A stretch of 64,000 nt of DNA. Source: Octopus sinensis (Eukaryota). The notes beneath the pieces are model-generated. The model was not told the origin of the DNA and did not search any database. It saw only the letters and a list, made by a program, of their open reading frames with translations. The stretch covers positions 27,900,001 through 27,964,000 of the forward strand of contig NC_043009.1 in NCBI RefSeq assembly GCF_006345805.1. The letters are read 5' to 3'. The first letter of the stretch is position 1, and each line of letters starts with the position of its first letter. The translations under genes were made by a program, and so were the position numbers. Shown here piece by piece: positions 29,545 through 42,097 of this stretch.

Positions 29545-30150
29545 TGCTGTTTAGCCCTGGGCCAGCCCTGATCATGTACACTTATGTTCAAAGATATTCC
29601 ATCCATGACCATCCTGACTCTTTTATGTGTGCAGGGCGCCTAGGGCCACATTATACAATATGTAAAGCTCTAAGCTGGTTGAGGTGTGATTTGAGGGATA
29701 TTTAGCTGCTATTTCTAACAGGTTGAATGGCCATATAGAAGTTCTCTTATAGGTTCATTTGTTGTTTATTAATATTGTTTAGCCCAAGGTCATCCCTGAT
29801 TAAATACACCTATGATTATAAACATTCCATCCATGATCATCCTGCCTCTTCCTTTGTGCAGTTATACAATGTGTCCTTTTCTAAGCTGGTGTGTGCGTGT
29901 GATTTGAGGGAGATTTGGCTGTTATTTCTAGCAGGCTCTCCTATACATTCAGATGCTATTTATTAATGACTGTTGTTTAACACTAGGTCATCCCTGATTG
30001 AGGTGACATATGATCAAAGGCATTCCAACCACGACCATCTCATCAGAGGAATCCAGTTCTATATTTTTCTCTCCCACTTTTTCTAAGAATTTCACTGTGT
30101 AATTTCAGGGAGATTTAGCTGTTATTTCTAGCATGCTGACCAACTACATG
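29545..30150 (-). repeat. Three diverged tandem copies (~200-230 bp) of a SINE/LINE-tail-like repeat
   Basis: Each has tgtttagccc...ccctgat...cattcca(t/a)ccatgacc and tttgagggagattt(g/a)gctgttatttctagca; a partial copy lies at ~49015-49090. Confidence 0.7.
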
Positions 30151-30332
30151 GAGTGGAAGTGGTTAATGGAAATTAGTTGAGGGGCGGGGGTAGAGAATGT
30201 GCATAAAGTGTTTGGATGAGGAGGGGGGTAGAAGCTCTCCAGGGAGGTGGGGGGAAGAAACTGTGTTATACTTTGTCATCAACATTATTATCATTGTACT
30301 TGCTGGGGGAAACAGAAAATTGAGAGAGGAGA

Positions 30333-30366
<34 letters not shown>

Positions 30367-30958
30367 AAGAGAAAGAGAGAGAGAAAGAGGGGAGTGAAAG
30401 ACTGTTAACTAGGGGACGTAGTCAAACAGTTCTTGCATTGGGAATTGCAAATATACAGAAGCAGACAGAAAGAGGGGAAATAGATAGATAGATAAATAGA
30501 CAAAGAGATAAATAAACAGATAGATAAGGAGAGAGAGGGAGAGAGAATGAGAGAGAGAGAGAGAGGGAGAGGGAGAGAGAAGAATAGGGGAAAGAGAGAT
30601 AGGGAGGAAGAGATTTTAACATGATATACAAATGCATCACATTTTCTGCTCCTCCCCGATACAAACACCACAAAATGCAAATTAATTATTAAGCATAATT
30701 ATTGATCATTTCAATGTGTTTGTGTGTGTGTATGTGTGTACATATCCATTGTACACATGTTCAATGGATATGTGTTATAGAAAATTCATTCACTCTTTCT
30801 CTCTCTGTATACAAATATGTGTGTGGATCACTTTATATACATGCACACACACACATCTATCTATGTCATCATCATCATCATCATCATTTAACATCCGCTT
30901 TCCATGCTAGCATGGGTTGGACGGAGCAAATGCATTACATATATATAAGTGTGTAACC

Positions 30959-30989
<31 letters not shown>

Positions 30990-31108
30990 ATATGTATATA
31001 TCTATCTATATATATATATCTATCTATATATATATCTATCTATATATATCTATCTATATATATCTATCTATCTATATATATCTATATATATATCTATCTA
31101 TCTATCTA

Positions 31109-31160
<52 letters not shown>

Positions 31161-31216
31161 TGTATATATCTATCTATATATATATCTATATCCATATATA
31201 TATATATATATATAAA

Positions 31217-31253
<37 letters not shown>

Positions 31254-32899
31254 GATAGATAGATATGAACATGTATCTATGTATGTGTATATATATATAT
31301 ATATATAGTCATTTGACTGCGGTTAAGCTGGAGCACTGGGAAATACATTATGTTCTTGAGCAAAACACTTCAGTTCATGTTGTCCCAGTCCACTCAGCTG
31401 GCAAAAATGTTAACCCTCCGATAGACTGCCGTCCCATCCAGGAGGGGAAAACCAGCCCTGTGAGTCTATATGACATGGGAAGGAATTTTACTTCACTTTT
31501 ATATTCGCATATATTAAAACAAAGATGAGAATTTATGGAATTATTTTCAATTTTTATTAAAACACTGCCATTAACACCTGCCTTTGTTTTAATATCTACA
31601 TACTCTGCGAGTAATATGCTTTGCCATACAATTTCAGCTTGTATGGATAGCTTTCTTCTTAAACAAACCACTTACTTATAAACAATTTAAAGCCAGTATT
31701 CACAAAAGTGCTTCAGGAGGTCAAAGCTTGGATTTTAATTCATGTATATATTACAAAGCCTTACTGTGAGTGAACTAAAAATGTAAATCCATCTTTTTTT
31801 ATGAAGTATTGATGTGCAGAAAAAATAAATAGGGAATTTTATTTATTTATTTATTTATTTTTGTTGTCTACGCCAACAAAAAATTACCCAGTTTCCTTCC
31901 CCAGTCAATAGAGCATTTCAGCTACTATATAATACAGTCATAAATCAAACTAGCACATTAGTGAACAGTATAATTTACATAGATGTGCTTCAGATGGTTC
32001 ATCATTAATTAAAAATTTACACACAACACTGTAAATCAGAAGGACTGAAATATATTTAAATATAACCAAACCACATTCTGAGTGAACTAATTATCTAAAC
32101 CAGAAACTCCATTCCCACAGCTTTGTTTTCTTTTTGTATATCAGTTGCAGAGAAAGGAATTCTCACAGGAATATTTTATGATACAAACCAGTGTTTAATA
32201 TAGTAATAAGAACTAATGTAGCTCGGGAATTCCTTTATTTGGTTAAATAGCATTCTCCATTGGGGCATAGGTGTAGTAAGATATTAAATAGAAAATGTGT
32301 TAAGCTTCGTTATTCAGCTGGTAACAAATTCGCTTGATATGTTAGAGGGCTATAATGCTGCATAGCTGAATGAAAACAAATAGTGAAACAGCTGACCAAT
32401 ACCAATTATGCAACTTCAGACTTTGTAAAAATTGCCCACTGGATGTTAATTGTTTGGCTAAGTCGATAGTATACAATGCTAAAGTAGAAACGAACAAATG
32501 AGATTAAACTAGAGTAAATATTAAGTTAACTGAAGTGATATTTAAAAATCGATTTTTTAAGCACGAACATTCATTTGTCAGCCTTGATAATAATGTGCCA
32601 TGGTTACATCGAAATTGATATGATTTTTATTTGAAGCAAGTTCTCATAAATTTAAAATTTTCTGTTCAATTATAGATAATTTACAACCCTTCAGGAACGG
32701 AAGGTTCAAATGGAAACAGTGGTGCGACTTTTGTTTGAACGAAAATCAAGAATAGTCTGAACAAAAGAACCGAACTGTTGGCACTTTATATGCACGAAGC
32801 TAAGTATATTTTGTGTGAGCACCAGCCACATTGATTTACGATCAAATTATATGTTGGTTTTGAATGATTTTTAAACAACGCAATTTACAGGGTGATAGT

Positions 32900-34750
32900 T
32901 CCCAGAGTGACATCTCTTCTATGAAATTTAAAAGCCAAACACGGCAAGTCAAAAAACGTTTGGAGCATTACCACGAGACCCAGAAATGAAATGAAAATTA
33001 TGATCTTAAAAAAGCCATTTTTAAACGCGATTTTTTGAAAGCGTAATGATACGATAGCTCTCGTATAAGTTATAACTGAGTTGTAATTTATCGTTTACTT
33101 GTGAATCAGCAGAAATTAATGCATGATTCAAAATGTGAAATAAAGCAAAAAGTCTTATTTGTACTTCTGTGGAATAGCGCTTCCAAGGTAATTAATAAAG
33201 GCAGTCTCTAACAATAGCAAAAATAAATTCTTCCAGATTGACATCTGTGATTATCACACTGCCACCACTCGATCCATTTACAGAAGTAAACCGTTCCATT
33301 ACATCTATCAGTAATATCGTATATATCGAGAAAAAAATTGTTGTTCACGCTCGTAAAATGGTTGTATAGAAAAAATTTGTGGATGGACCCTTCGATTTTC
33401 CATTACCTAGAGACCCGGTATTCTGCTGAAAGCAGTAACTTCAGTAGTTCGTACATCCTACACGAAATAGAACCAATCCAGTGTTGGAGGAGGTTCTTAT
33501 TGAGACGTCGTACTATCAACTAAGACGCAGCGGATTTCTTCAGAAAAACTCTGCAAATTTTTTAAAGAACTTATATATCTGAATAATTGGGAGCTCATCT
33601 TACAAAAACATGTTATCTTGTTTTTATCCCTGGCTTCTCCGATTGTTTATACTATTCGTACCAGAAATCTAACGAAACTCTTAATTTCATCCATTGGCAT
33701 TCTGCCATACCAGACATAAGCTTCCAAATATCTCACTGAGAATTTTTAAACCTTCGGCTAATGAACGGATTTTCCGTAATGCATCACAATACTAAATTGA
33801 AGGTTTAGTCAGATGTGGCTTTAAAAGATAAAACTTTTAGACCACAGCATTGATACTTCCCTACTTCATAAAAATATAAAAAGAAACTTTACCTGGTACA
33901 ACCCCCGTTCGATATTACCATAGCTAAGGCGGCGAGCTGGCAGAAACGTTAGTACGCCGGGCGAAATGCGTAGCCGTATTTCGTCTGCCGTTACGTTTTG
34001 AGTTCAAATTCCGCCGAGGTCGACTTTGCCTTTCATCCTTTCGGGGTCGATTAAATAAGTACCAGTTACGCACTGGGGTCGATATAATCGACTTAATCCG
34101 TTTGTCTGTCCTTGTTTGTCCTCTCTGTGTTTAGCCCCTTGTGGGTAGTAAAGAAATAGATATTACCGTAGCTACATAATTAACTAAATCGCATTGAAAT
34201 TGTAAAAAGCACTTCTCTTCAAATTATACATAAGTTCTGATCCTTATAAAAAAAATGCTGTCATCCACTACTTCGACTGCAATTTAGCATATTCTTACAC
34301 ATCTAAACTTAATAAACAGTACAAAGCAACACCGCAACCTCTGTAATTTCATTGATATCAACAACTACCATCTAAAATCTAACAGTTTGTCTAAGGTTGT
34401 TGTGTACTACCGCGAATATCATGCGTGAGTATTGCCTTAAGCCCTTTTAAATCTAGGTTTCATTCTTATATACATGTCTTCAAGAAATCCGGACAAGAGC
34501 AAACAAACTTATTTAGCTTCATTCACCTGGTCACTAAAGGAAAATCTAATACCTTTTCACCTGAAATGTAATATTGCTGTTAATGCTAAAACATACACTG
34601 AATATGATAACCTCTGCAATTTTTGCACCATATAGATCGATCACGTGGAAGTGGTATAAAATGAAAACTGTTTACAGGATATGGACCGGTTTTAAGTATA
34701 AAAATACAGACATCATATCCGTCTAGCAGGAAGAATATTTATAGTATTCG
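32900..34750 (+). mobile_element. Heavily decayed Penelope-like element (RT C-terminus plus GIY-YIG region), interrupted by a SINE
   Basis: Remnant motifs in order: YQKSNETLNFIHWHS, SANERIFRNASQY, KRNFTWYNP (33880-33905), then after the SINE FKSRFHSYIHVFK and AKTYTEYDNLCNFC. These match the PLE motif order Y.KPN...YIH..SNHP / IWFNPP / F..R...H...F / AK.Y......CNLC. Many stops. Confidence 0.65.
33927..34159 (+). mobile_element. tRNA-derived SINE, CpG-intact monomer with 15-bp TSD
   Basis: Starts aggcggcgagctggcagaaacgttag; B-box-like gagttcaaattcc; ends gtagtaaagaaatag. TSD atattacc(a/g)tagcta at 33912-33926 and 34160-34174. Confidence 0.9.
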
Positions 34751-35741
34751 CTTCCACTACTGAACGTATGAAGAGAATAATTCTAATTTTGAATTTAGTA
34801 GTTATAATAGTTTGTATCAGATTCTGTATTTCACAGATTCAGAGACATATACGAAGCGTTCTGTGGATTCGATAATTGACCAGTCAATGTTGTAGCTATG
34901 ACTGCCATTGTCTGTCACATTCCAGACGTATTAGAGACCATTGTTGTACCATCTTTTCTTTTCTTGTCCGAACGAAAATTTATGCTGACCATATCTAAAT
35001 TTCAAAGAATCTACTGTAAGACGTATAGCATAATTAGTGTTGTTACTGGTTGAGACCTGAGCACAGCATGCAGCACTATTTTGGTGAAATCTACTGTGCA
35101 GTGGACAGGTGTTGGCAGTGAGGCAATTGCAATATAGGGACGAATCTTGTGCTTGTGCATGATCATTTTTTTTCGATTTCTAGCTAACAAAGATTTAAAA
35201 AATCGTCAGTACATTTGCAATTCACCTTAACGTTATTCCCCCTTTTTGTTTCACCTGTATCACGGCCGTTTTATATTTTGACATATTTTATTATTTTCTA
35301 TAATCCGTTATACATGTATATGTGCCTGTCTATTTATATTCTATGTTATATCAACACTCATTTCATTCGTAATTTATGCTAGTACTCACACACAACTATG
35401 TGCCTAAACTTATACACATATTTATGTTTTTATGGTTGCGAATATTTGCACGTGCTCATGTTCGTTACTTTCCAAGCACGCATGCACAAATTTGTGCTTC
35501 GTTATTTGCCTGCAATTCCCATATGTATCTCTGCATCTTTATAAATTTACATTCAGATAACAAGTAGATTCTTCTAGACATTGTCCTCACGAAGCTGCAA
35601 TCCTATACGGCTGTATATATACTGATATATTCCCGTTCTAGTAGTGGCGGGGAACACAAGCCATATGTGTTAGCGTTCTAACATCCGTTCCTGAATGTGT
35701 ATACATTTATACGATCGAACGTGCACAAGTGCGTACACAAT

Positions 35742-35813
<72 letters not shown>

Positions 35814-36104
35814 CACACACAGATATAAGCATATATACATCTATTTATATATGCATCCGTTCATATACACATCCATTCATCCCTCTCTCCCTCCGTCCAT
35901 CCATTCATACATACATACATACATGCATACATACATACGTATGTGTGTAATTAATGGTAAAGAATGAAGATTCTACGAGGGAATTCAAAGGTGTAACATA
36001 ATCCGAGTAAGTGCAAAGACGATCCGTGAATCAGGTTCTCCAAACCATCGTCGGAGGAACGTGTAAGGTCCGCATGGCCGTGCGACAATAAGTGAAACGG
36101 TGAC

Positions 36105-36264
36105 GAACAGCAACTTCAAGAAGAAAACCAGAAACGAACACAACAAAAGTCAAATGGACGTCCAGAGTGAAGTATTATTTTGACGCCCCGTCAGACAAAT
36201 ATATTCACTGAGCACGTCCATTTGGCTTTCGCTGTTTTTCTATTTGTTCTTCAAGTCGCCGTTC
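36105..36264. repeat. ~160-bp imperfect foldback
   Basis: Arms gaacagcaacttcaagaa...caaatggacgtccagagtgaa / ttcactgagcacgtccatttg...ttcttcaagtcgccgttc; inner stem tgacg-ccc-cgtca. Confidence 0.75.
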
Positions 36265-36605
36265 AACACAGGACCGCATCACACACATGTATATATATAT
36301 ATATGTTTATACATACATATGTATGTGTGTGTGTATAAATATATCTTTTTTGCATATGATTATTTATGCACGTGACTATGCGTGCATGCATTTGTAATTT
36401 ATGTAAATATATGCATGTGTTATGACTGCATTTAAATTTTATATGAATACAATTATATTTGTATGTATGTATGTGAGAACGCTTAATTTCTCGCCAAAAC
36501 TTCTATTCGTGTATATTTGTAAATGTATATCAACTACAGAATGCCTGAGTGTATATGTATATAGTCACACATATATGTATATAACTACTTATGTAATTAT
36601 TGATC

Positions 36606-36639
<34 letters not shown>

Positions 36640-37377
36640 CTCTCTCTTTATAAATATCCTAGAAATTTCACACTGCCTTGGCTTTGTTGTCTCATTTAAT
36701 TCAACATACACACACACACATAAATATATATATATGTATTCAACATATATGTAAATATATATATATACATACATATCTATCTATCTATCTATTTATCTCT
36801 CTCTCTATATATATATTCATATATGTTTGTATGCGTGTGTGTATGTATAAATACATACTGATTGTTTTGTTAACTCGAAATAAGAACTAAGGAAAAATAC
36901 TCAATAACACAGTTTTCATGAAAAGGCAAATGTAATGTTGGAACTAACATTTACTTCTAGTGATGTGAGCAAATAAAATTGAATGAATTTACGATACATA
37001 TATGACGAAGGGAAAGAATCATTAGCTTATCCTTTCATCCTTTCAGGGTCGATAAATTAAGTACCAGTTGCGTACTGGGGTAGATCTAATCGGCTGGCCC
37101 CCTCCCCGAACTTTCGGGCCTTGTGCCTAGAGTAAAAAACAAAATAAATAAACTCAGGTACGAAAATTAAGGAGTGCAACTCCGAGATTTAATTATTATA
37201 CTCTTTTTAGGATCACAAGACAGCTGTCAAGTACACTTCATGGGAATAATCTCGATGCATCGCATCACTAAAAACTCAGAATGTTAACTGAATTTTTGAA
37301 GTTAGGTCTCGTCTTCACTAAATGGCTTGTCTTGTCACGTAATTTCCCATTTTTGAAAGATATTCCAGAGCTATAGG

Positions 37378-37725
37378 TACCATATTTGTTTGGTTTGTAA
37401 TGTATTAATAGTGCCTAGTGAGGAGGTTACAAGTGTTTATCACTATCAGTATCAGAATAATATTTCTATTGTTTGATTTAAGGTGAGTCAACAATAACGA
37501 TTACCTCACACGCCATTTGTAGAAGGGCAGAAGTACCATCGAAGTAGTCAACCACCATCTGTTACCTGTCAGGTTTGTTATTCTGCTGACAATGCCCCTT
37601 TGTGGCATTGCACAATAGCAATTAAGCCGAGAAATCAAATACATTAGCTATAAGCTTGAAATTGTTGAATATGCTAAACAGCACGGCAACCAGGCAGCTG
37701 AGCCCACAATGTGGGCTGCCACCAA
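37378..37725 (+). mobile_element. pogo/Tigger-like DNA transposon 5' remnant
   Basis: Begins taccatattt (TIR-like). 37635-37705 translates KYISYKLEIVEYAKQHGNQAAE, resembling the Brinker-type HTH at the N-terminus of pogo transposases. Confidence 0.55.
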
Positions 37726-37869
37726 CCAAATATAAAGAAAAATATAAATAAAAATAATAGAAAATAACATTTAAGAAAGCGAGAATGAAAATACGCAATT
37801 TTTTTTTATCAAAAAGAAACAAAATTCTCACAATCGAGAAAGCCTTGAAGTTATAGATACATAGTCAAG

Positions 37870-38280
37870 GAAGCCTAGGTTATACACTTATCACAAACGC
37901 AAGGAGCTACATTATAGCTACCTGAGCGACGGAGGAAGGGGTTTGCAGTCTTCACAAAGATGATAATGTGTGAGGTAAAGAGTCTGGCAGAAAAGAAAAA
38001 TATTCAGCAGAAGAATTTGTAAGATCTTCCTTTTGGTGCTACAGTTTCGTGAAGAGCTAGAATCTTTGCGTAAAAATAGTGACCAGGATTTCACTGGTGA
38101 TGCCTAAAGGGAATGAAAATAAATCTTAAAATTTCACTAAAAAATGTAGACAACATCCTGAAGGAAATTATTAACAATTAGACAAATGGATAAAACGTCG
38201 TCGACAGAGGTATTGTAAGATAAAGAATTATTGAAACTGGTGGAGCAAGACGACTCAGAGTGAAAAATACCAACTAAGCT
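37870..38280 (+). mobile_element. Possible decayed LINE ORF2 remnant
   Basis: PRLYTYHKRKELHYSYLSDGGRGL resembles the LY.....GGRGL motif downstream of non-LTR RT domains; otherwise riddled with stops. Confidence 0.35.
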
Positions 38281-38303
38281 GTTGTTTAGTTGACAACTTC
38301 AGC

Positions 38304-38394
<91 letters not shown>

Positions 38395-38507
38395 GTCTGT
38401 CTGTCTGTCTATTTATCTATCCATCTATCTATCTGTCTATTTGTCTATCTATCTATTTATCTATTTATTTGTCTATCTATATATTTATTTATCTATCTAT
38501 CTATTTG

Positions 38508-38560
<53 letters not shown>

Positions 38561-38596
38561 TTATCTATCTATATATATATATATATATATATATAT

Positions 38597-39456
38597 TAAC
38601 ATACATACGTAACACATATACATATGTATAGCTATACATGTACTAACACACACACACACACACATTATATACCACAATGACCTTTTTGTGTGCACAGTTT
38701 GTGACAGGCCATGCCTTTCATTTTCTGGGCGCAAATCTCATGAAAAACGAACCTCCACCAACTATTCTGCCTATATTTCAATACCATGTATGCCATGAAA
38801 TCTACAAAACTAACGGAAGCTTCAAAAGAGATTTTAAGATCCACAAAGATCAGAACTTAACTGCAGCTGTTGGTGGTCTAAATCAGATACGCAATCTATG
38901 TGGGTGTTTTTTCAATACATCGTCTGGTTTAAAAAGCCACATCAGACGCCATGATGGATCTTAGGTATAAATACAGGAGGTGGTCAGACTCTGCATAAGG
39001 AGTAGACAACCAACCATATATATATATATATATATATAACATACATACGTAACACATATACATATGTATAGCTATACATGTACTAACACACACACACACA
39101 CACATTATATACCACAATGACCTTTTTGTGTGCACAGTTTGTGACAGGCCATGCCTTTCATTTTCTGGGCGCAAATCTCATGAAAAACGAACCTCCACCA
39201 ACTATTCTGCCTATATTTCAATACCATGTATGCCATGAAATCTACAAAACTAACGGAAGCTTCAAAAGACATTTTAAGATCCACAAAGATCAGAACTTAA
39301 CTGCAGCTGTTGGTGGTCTAAATCAGATACGCAATCTATGTGGGTGTTTTTTCAATACATCGTCTGGTTTAAAAAGCCACATCAGACGCCATGATGGATA
39401 TTAGGTATAAATACAGGAGGTGGTCAGACTCTGCATAAGGAGTAGACAACCAACCA
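38597..39456 (+). repeat. Near-identical 440-bp-period tandem duplication containing an RTE-like LINE 3' end with degenerate C2H2 fingers
   Basis: Units 38597-39016 and 39037-39456; only two differences noted (38830 g/39270 c; 38960 c/39400 a). Encoded HVCHEIYKTNGSFKR(D/H)FKIH and NLCGCFFNTSSGLKSHIRRH resemble RTE ORF2 terminal fingers. Units are bounded by (TA)n. Confidence 0.8.
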
Positions 39457-39477
39457 TATATATATATATATATATAT

Positions 39478-40610
39478 TGTTACGGTTGGCTAAGTGCATT
39501 TCTGGTGACCCACATTGGAATTATGGTTCCGGCATGTCTGGGCGAAATGTGACAGTCTTTTGTCTAATGGAGGACTAATGGGTTTTGGAATGACCTGTGA
39601 CCTCGTGTGGTTGATAAGAGGGTCAGTGAGAAGTGAAAGAAGAGGAAGACAGATTAAGGGCTGAGAGCAAATAGAGATAGGGTATAAGCAGTAGGGGACG
39701 GATGGAGAGGCTAAGAGACAGCAGGCGATGTAGATAGGGTATAAGGACCAGGGCAGTTAGAAAGGGTAAGAGCGATATAGACAGAGGGAGATGAGGGGAG
39801 TGGAAGAAGGACAGAGACGAAGTGAGGTCTGGTAATTCGCAGTTGGTCGTCAAGAAGGACGGATCTGGGTAGTTGGTGGTTGGTCGTCAAGAAGAGCAGT
39901 CGTTGAGCGGTCGTCGAAGAACACAGACGGATCTTGCAGTCGCTGGCCGGTCCTCGAAGAAGACAGACGGACCTTGGATTTAAGGAGCAAGCGTTGGAAT
40001 TCTTAGGAGCAAGTTGGATGCGAGAAAGCTTGGCGGCACAGAAGGGAATTAGCAGTATTCAGAGGAATTAGCAGTATTGAGAGGAATGGGACACTGGCAG
40101 ATTCAATTAGGAATTGAGGTATGTGTTTGTGCATTGATATGTGTCACGGTGTATTGAACAGTGAAAAGAACAGTCAAGGACTCTGTCGATGTGGTCGATA
40201 AAGGACATTGTGAAGAAGAAGAGTAAAGGACTTGTTGATTGTGATGTTTAGGAAGAGACTTTAAAGAACTGTTGTCTTGGGACGTGTACTCTTGAAATGC
40301 TGTTGTATTATGCGTTGATCTATTGCATGATGTATTGAGTAGTCACGTGCATGTTTCCTTTAAATGCTTTGATGTATCTTGATGTTGTAACAATTGTAAT
40401 TGTCGTATAAACTGTTGTTTGAATATAAGCCAGTGTCTCCGTTGCCTCTGTGCCTCTCTTTGGGTTGTATCTCTCGGGTTGTGCCTCTGTATCTCTGTGC
40501 TGTTGAGGATGTGGCAGTATCTATCTGTATCTCCTCTCTCCGCCTCTCTTTGGGTTCCGTGGCGAACTAGTGGGCCGTTCGGGCGAGCGACGACGGGGGA
40601 TTCCGTAACA
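39478..40610. mobile_element. Solo LTR-like element (1133 bp) inserted in (TA)n
   Basis: Termini TGTTACGG...CCGTAACA (8-bp perfect inverted repeat, TG...CA), ATAT on both flanks, internal short direct repeats, no recognisable coding capacity. Confidence 0.7.
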
Positions 40611-40796
40611 ATATATATATATATATATATAGTCCGCAGATGAGATCCAGAGATTCTCATTATAGAATTTTGGGTGAAAGTAGAACACCCCTATTGGTTG
40701 GCCCCTAACGGACTGTACTACAATATATATAGACATACGCAGAAAGTCATTTGAGCAGTGTAAAAGCTAAGTGTTGCGTATTGTCGAGGGTTATTA

Positions 40797-41215
40797 TCTA
40801 TTTCTTTACTACCCAGAAGAGGCTAAATACAGAAAGGACAAACAAAGACAGACAACCGGATTAAGTCGATTATATCGACCCCAGTGCGTAACTGGTAGTT
40901 ATTTAATTGACCCCGAAAGGATGAAAGGCAAAGTCGACCTCGGCGGAATTTGAACTCAGAACATAACGGCAGACGAAATACCTATTTCTTTACTACCCAC
41001 AAGGGGATAAACACAGAGAGGAAAAAACAAGGACAGACAAACGGATTAAGTCGATTATATCAACCACAGTGCGTAACTGGCACTTATTTAATCGACCCCG
41101 AAAGGATGAAAGGCAAAGTCGACCTCGGCGGGATTTGAACTCAGAAAGTAGTGGCAGACAAAATACCACTAAGCACTTCGCCCGGCGTGCTAACGTTTCG
41201 GCTAGCTCACCGCCA
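40797..41215 (-). mobile_element. Dimeric SINE (full unit plus 5'-truncated unit) flanked by one TSD
   Basis: Two ~184-bp units joined at 40981/40982. TSD tcgagggttatta at 40784-40796 and 41216-41228. Confidence 0.88.
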
Positions 41216-41259
41216 TCGAGGGTTATTACCAATATCATGAGCAGAACGATTTGCAAGGA

Positions 41260-41291
<32 letters not shown>

Positions 41292-41983
41292 CGTTATATC
41301 GTACGTCGAATGTGCGATATAACAGAAGACACTAGTGCTCAAAAAAATTGAAACGTAGACCCCAAAGTGTTTACAGGGGATCGATTCCACGGGGTAAAAA
41401 GTGGGTATAAGAGGGGTTATATTGGACAGATAAAGAGGCAAATATGTAATCCGCATAATTGCCTCTACATACACATATATAAATGTGTGTACGCATGCAT
41501 ACATCCCCATACACGCACATATATATATACATACTTGTGTGTACACATACTACAGCCATATCTGCACGAAAATGTTAAATACGTCCTGTTGACTATTTCA
41601 GTCACACACACACACACACATATATATACAAACACATACACACATACATATATATATACGAAAATACACACATACATACGTGTATATATCTACATCTGTA
41701 TATATATACACGCACGAAAATACACACATATACATACATGTATATACACACACACGCACACATATTCCATTACTTATTCAAAACTATTTGTAATACTTCG
41801 TTCCTCGTCTGAGTTTCCTGAATTTACAAAACTTCCGTTCTCTCCAATCTTTAAACGAAAACCAATGCTAAAGGTGTTCCGGTTCTCGTCCATCAAAGGG
41901 AAGCGAGACTGACGAATGCAGCGTCCAAACTTTAGTTGGAGAAAGTAAGGTCACAGCCTATCAATAATCTCTACATTATACAG

Positions 41984-42097
41984 CAAAGGTCATTGTGGCG
42001 ATCTGGAACCGACCAATACTGTTTTAGGCGTCGGCATCGGAAGTCGTAGTGTAGACGAGTTCTTTGGACAATTTGCAGAAATCATGTCGACAGTGGG
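41984..42097 (+). CDS. Candidate 114-nt symmetric exon (KGHCGDLEPTNTVLGVGIGSRSVDEFFGQFAEIMSTV)
   Basis: Acceptor tctctacattatacag, weak donor GG|gtaccg; lies in a ~73-codon stop-free, CpG-rich frame. Confidence 0.25.

Noticed and set aside
31638-31765. AG/GT-bounded 128-nt open frame (LVWIAFFLNKPLTYKQF...)
   Set aside because: Weak pyrimidine tract and no homology; not enough support to list as an exon.
38677-39404. Two small C2H2 zinc-finger genes of the cephalopod ZNF expansion
   Set aside because: No TGEKPY linkers, first Cys residues are mutated, and the context (LINE-like 3' UTR, TA tail, tandem copy) fits a retrotransposon 3' end.
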